Assembly (NCBI GenBank): GCA_013140495.1
Contig: JABFSR010000080.1
Span: forward strand, 1,055 to 65,054
Source of the DNA: Verrucomicrobiota bacterium
GTDB lineage: Bacteria; Verrucomicrobiota; Verrucomicrobiia; Limisphaerales; JADLHS01
DNA length: 64,000 nucleotides
Reading direction: 5' to 3'
Numbering within the stretch: the first letter of the stretch is position 1; every line of letters begins with the position of its first letter. Under the pieces are notes generated by a model. That model made no database searches, was not told the DNA's origin, and saw only the letters and a program-made list of their open reading frames with translations. Made by a program: the position numbers and the translations under genes. This document shows, in pieces, positions 62,557 through 64,000 of this stretch.

Positions 62557-62847
62557 CTATCTCTCTTTCCATTTGCCGGTGTCATACTCGGCGTGCGTCA
62601 GCACGGCCCGAATATACACTTTCCGGCGATTATAGTGAATAGCCGCGACGAGGCGAGCCTTGTTGCCGCCGATGTTGAAGACGGTCAATCCACCGACCTG
62701 ATCTGCGTGCGGCAGCAAGCTCCGAAGTTCGGCGAAGTTTGCTGGATTGTTCCGTTTCAGAATCCGATACCAATGTGTCAGTCCGCTCGTCGTCACCGGA
62801 TGTTTCTCAGCAAATTCATTCAGCCGTTTGCGCGTGATGATATGCAT
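62557..62847 (-). CDS. higB: HigB family mRNA interferase toxin
   Basis: MHIITRKRL, VFNIGGNKARL, VLTHAEYD. Confidence 0.9.
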   Translation of the reverse strand: MHIITRKRLNEFAEKHPVTTSGLTHWYRILKRNNPANFAELRSLLPHADQVGGLTVFNIGGNKARLVAAIHYNRRKVYIRAVLTHAEYDTGKWKER

Positions 62848-62850
62848 GAC

Positions 62851-63333
62851 TCACGGCGCGACCTTGAGGCGTTCCGTTTCCTCAACTTTGCCGCCGAGCA
62901 GGAAGCCGTGTTCCTTGTAGGAGCGCAGCATGAAATGCGTGGCCGTGGAGAGCACACCCTCGATGGTGGAGAGTTTTTCCGAGACGAACGCCGCCACCTT
63001 TTGCAGGCTCGCGCCGTTGACGAACACCAGCAGGTCGTAGCCGCCGGACATGAGGTAGCAGGATTCCACCTCGTCGAACTTGCTGATGCGCTCGGCCAGG
63101 CGGTTGAAGCCGCCGCCGCGCTCGGGCGTGATGCGCACTTCGATGACGGCGCGGACCACGCCGGTGTCCTCGTGCGAGAGGTTCAGCACGGGCCGGAAGC
63201 CCAGCAGCACGCCCTCGGCCTTGAGCGCGGCGAGTTGCTGATTCACGTCGGCTTCGGAGAGGTTGAGCAACTGCGCCATCTGTGCGGTGGTGAGGCTGCC
63301 GCCTTCGAGCAAAAGTTTGAGGACTGAATTCAT
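62851..63333 (-). CDS. Lrp/AsnC family transcriptional regulator
   Basis: N-terminal HTH, SCYLMSGGYDL, STATHF. Confidence 0.92.
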   Translation of the reverse strand: MNSVLKLLLEGGSLTTAQMAQLLNLSEADVNQQLAALKAEGVLLGFRPVLNLSHEDTGVVRAVIEVRITPERGGGFNRLAERISKFDEVESCYLMSGGYDLLVFVNGASLQKVAAFVSEKLSTIEGVLSTATHFMLRSYKEHGFLLGGKVEETERLKVAP

Positions 63334-63462
63334 GCGATGCGGAGTTTCCCAAAATTCTCCGGAGAATCCATCACAAATCTCACCAACTGCGGCAGACTCA
63401 ACACGCATGGGAGCAAACAGTGAAGAACTGCGCGGACACAGGCATCCGACGGCTGCTCATTT

Positions 63463-63506
63463 GAAAACACCAAAGGGGCGACCCGAGCTCTGGAGTCGCC
63501 CCTTGG
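63463..63506 (-). terminator. possible intrinsic terminator
   Basis: AAGGGGCGAC/GTCGCCCCTT stem, then TGGTGTTTTC on the minus strand. Confidence 0.4.
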
Positions 63507-63644
63507 ACAACGATTCCCTGCCTGTGAAAAAGGATCAGGAACCAACGGAAAACTGGGAAAATCCCATGATGATTTCAACAGTAAAAGTAGGAAAGTTGTT
63601 CACCAAAACCATGCATGGCCCAATTGTGATAAACCATTAACGGA

Positions 63645-63998
63645 TCATGCTTTGTTCAGTTCACGACAAGCCATCAGCCCACGTACGAGACGGAAAACCA
63701 CATACGCATGAAATGCCACCCCAAACCAATCCTGTGCCATGAGCATGATCAGGCCATCCAGCGCGTAAAGCACCAACCCCACAGCGAACGCCCATGTATG
63801 ACGCTTGTTCGCAAACACGCCGAACAACACCAGTACCGCGGCTGCCATCAAGCAAATGAACAACGCGACGAATTTTCCACCGCCTCCGATGCCTTGCCCC
63901 ACGGCATCAGCGATCTGAGTAATTCCCAATCCAAAGATGAAGCGGATGTTTGCACCGAACACGGAGAGAAGCGTGTTGACGACGGACAAGCCGGCCAC
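63645..63998 (-). CDS. hypothetical membrane protein (5' part outside the window)
   Basis: Hydrophobic ORF open to the window end. Confidence 0.7.
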   Translation of the reverse strand: MAGLSVVNTLLSVFGANIRFIFGLGITQIADAVGQGIGGGGKFVALFICLMAAAVLVLFGVFANKRHTWAFAVGLVLYALDGLIMLMAQDWFGVAFHAYVVFRLVRGLMACRELNKA

Positions 63999-64000
63999 AG

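Overview
GC-rich bacterial chromosome segment. Gene content and style (prepilin/H-X9-DG protein, LamG surface protein, short ParC) suggest Verrucomicrobiota, probably subdivision 3; this is an inference. Most of the window is housekeeping: thiL-tsaE-tsaB, eno, parC, icd, a DinG helicase, nuoB-M (nuoA and nuoN are absent here), hemG/Y, dinB, pgsA and lrp-aminotransferase. The most unusual part is the nuo operon, where six gene junctions are interrupted. Two carry GxxExxY PD-(D/E)XK-type genes, each bracketed by inverted repeats built from 8-9 bp tandem units. The others carry a gene-less palindrome of 7-bp units, a GTAG REP doublet with a 9-bp flanking duplication, an antisense tRNA-Gln(CTG) with its own candidate promoter, and a coupled membrane ORF. 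At four of these sites, deleting the insert plus one copy of a 4-9 bp direct repeat restores a tight stop/start junction. Other candidates: a leader-peptide attenuator and a structured RNA upstream of dinB plus a radical SAM gene; a HigBA-like module between 122-bp duplicates of the lrp 3' end; an ABC-ATPase/TOPRIM-like pair; a nucleotidyltransferase TA-like pair; and a low-GC four-helix insert in a POT transporter. No CRISPR array, rRNA, integrase or transposase was seen. All family assignments come from motif recognition by eye, not database searches.
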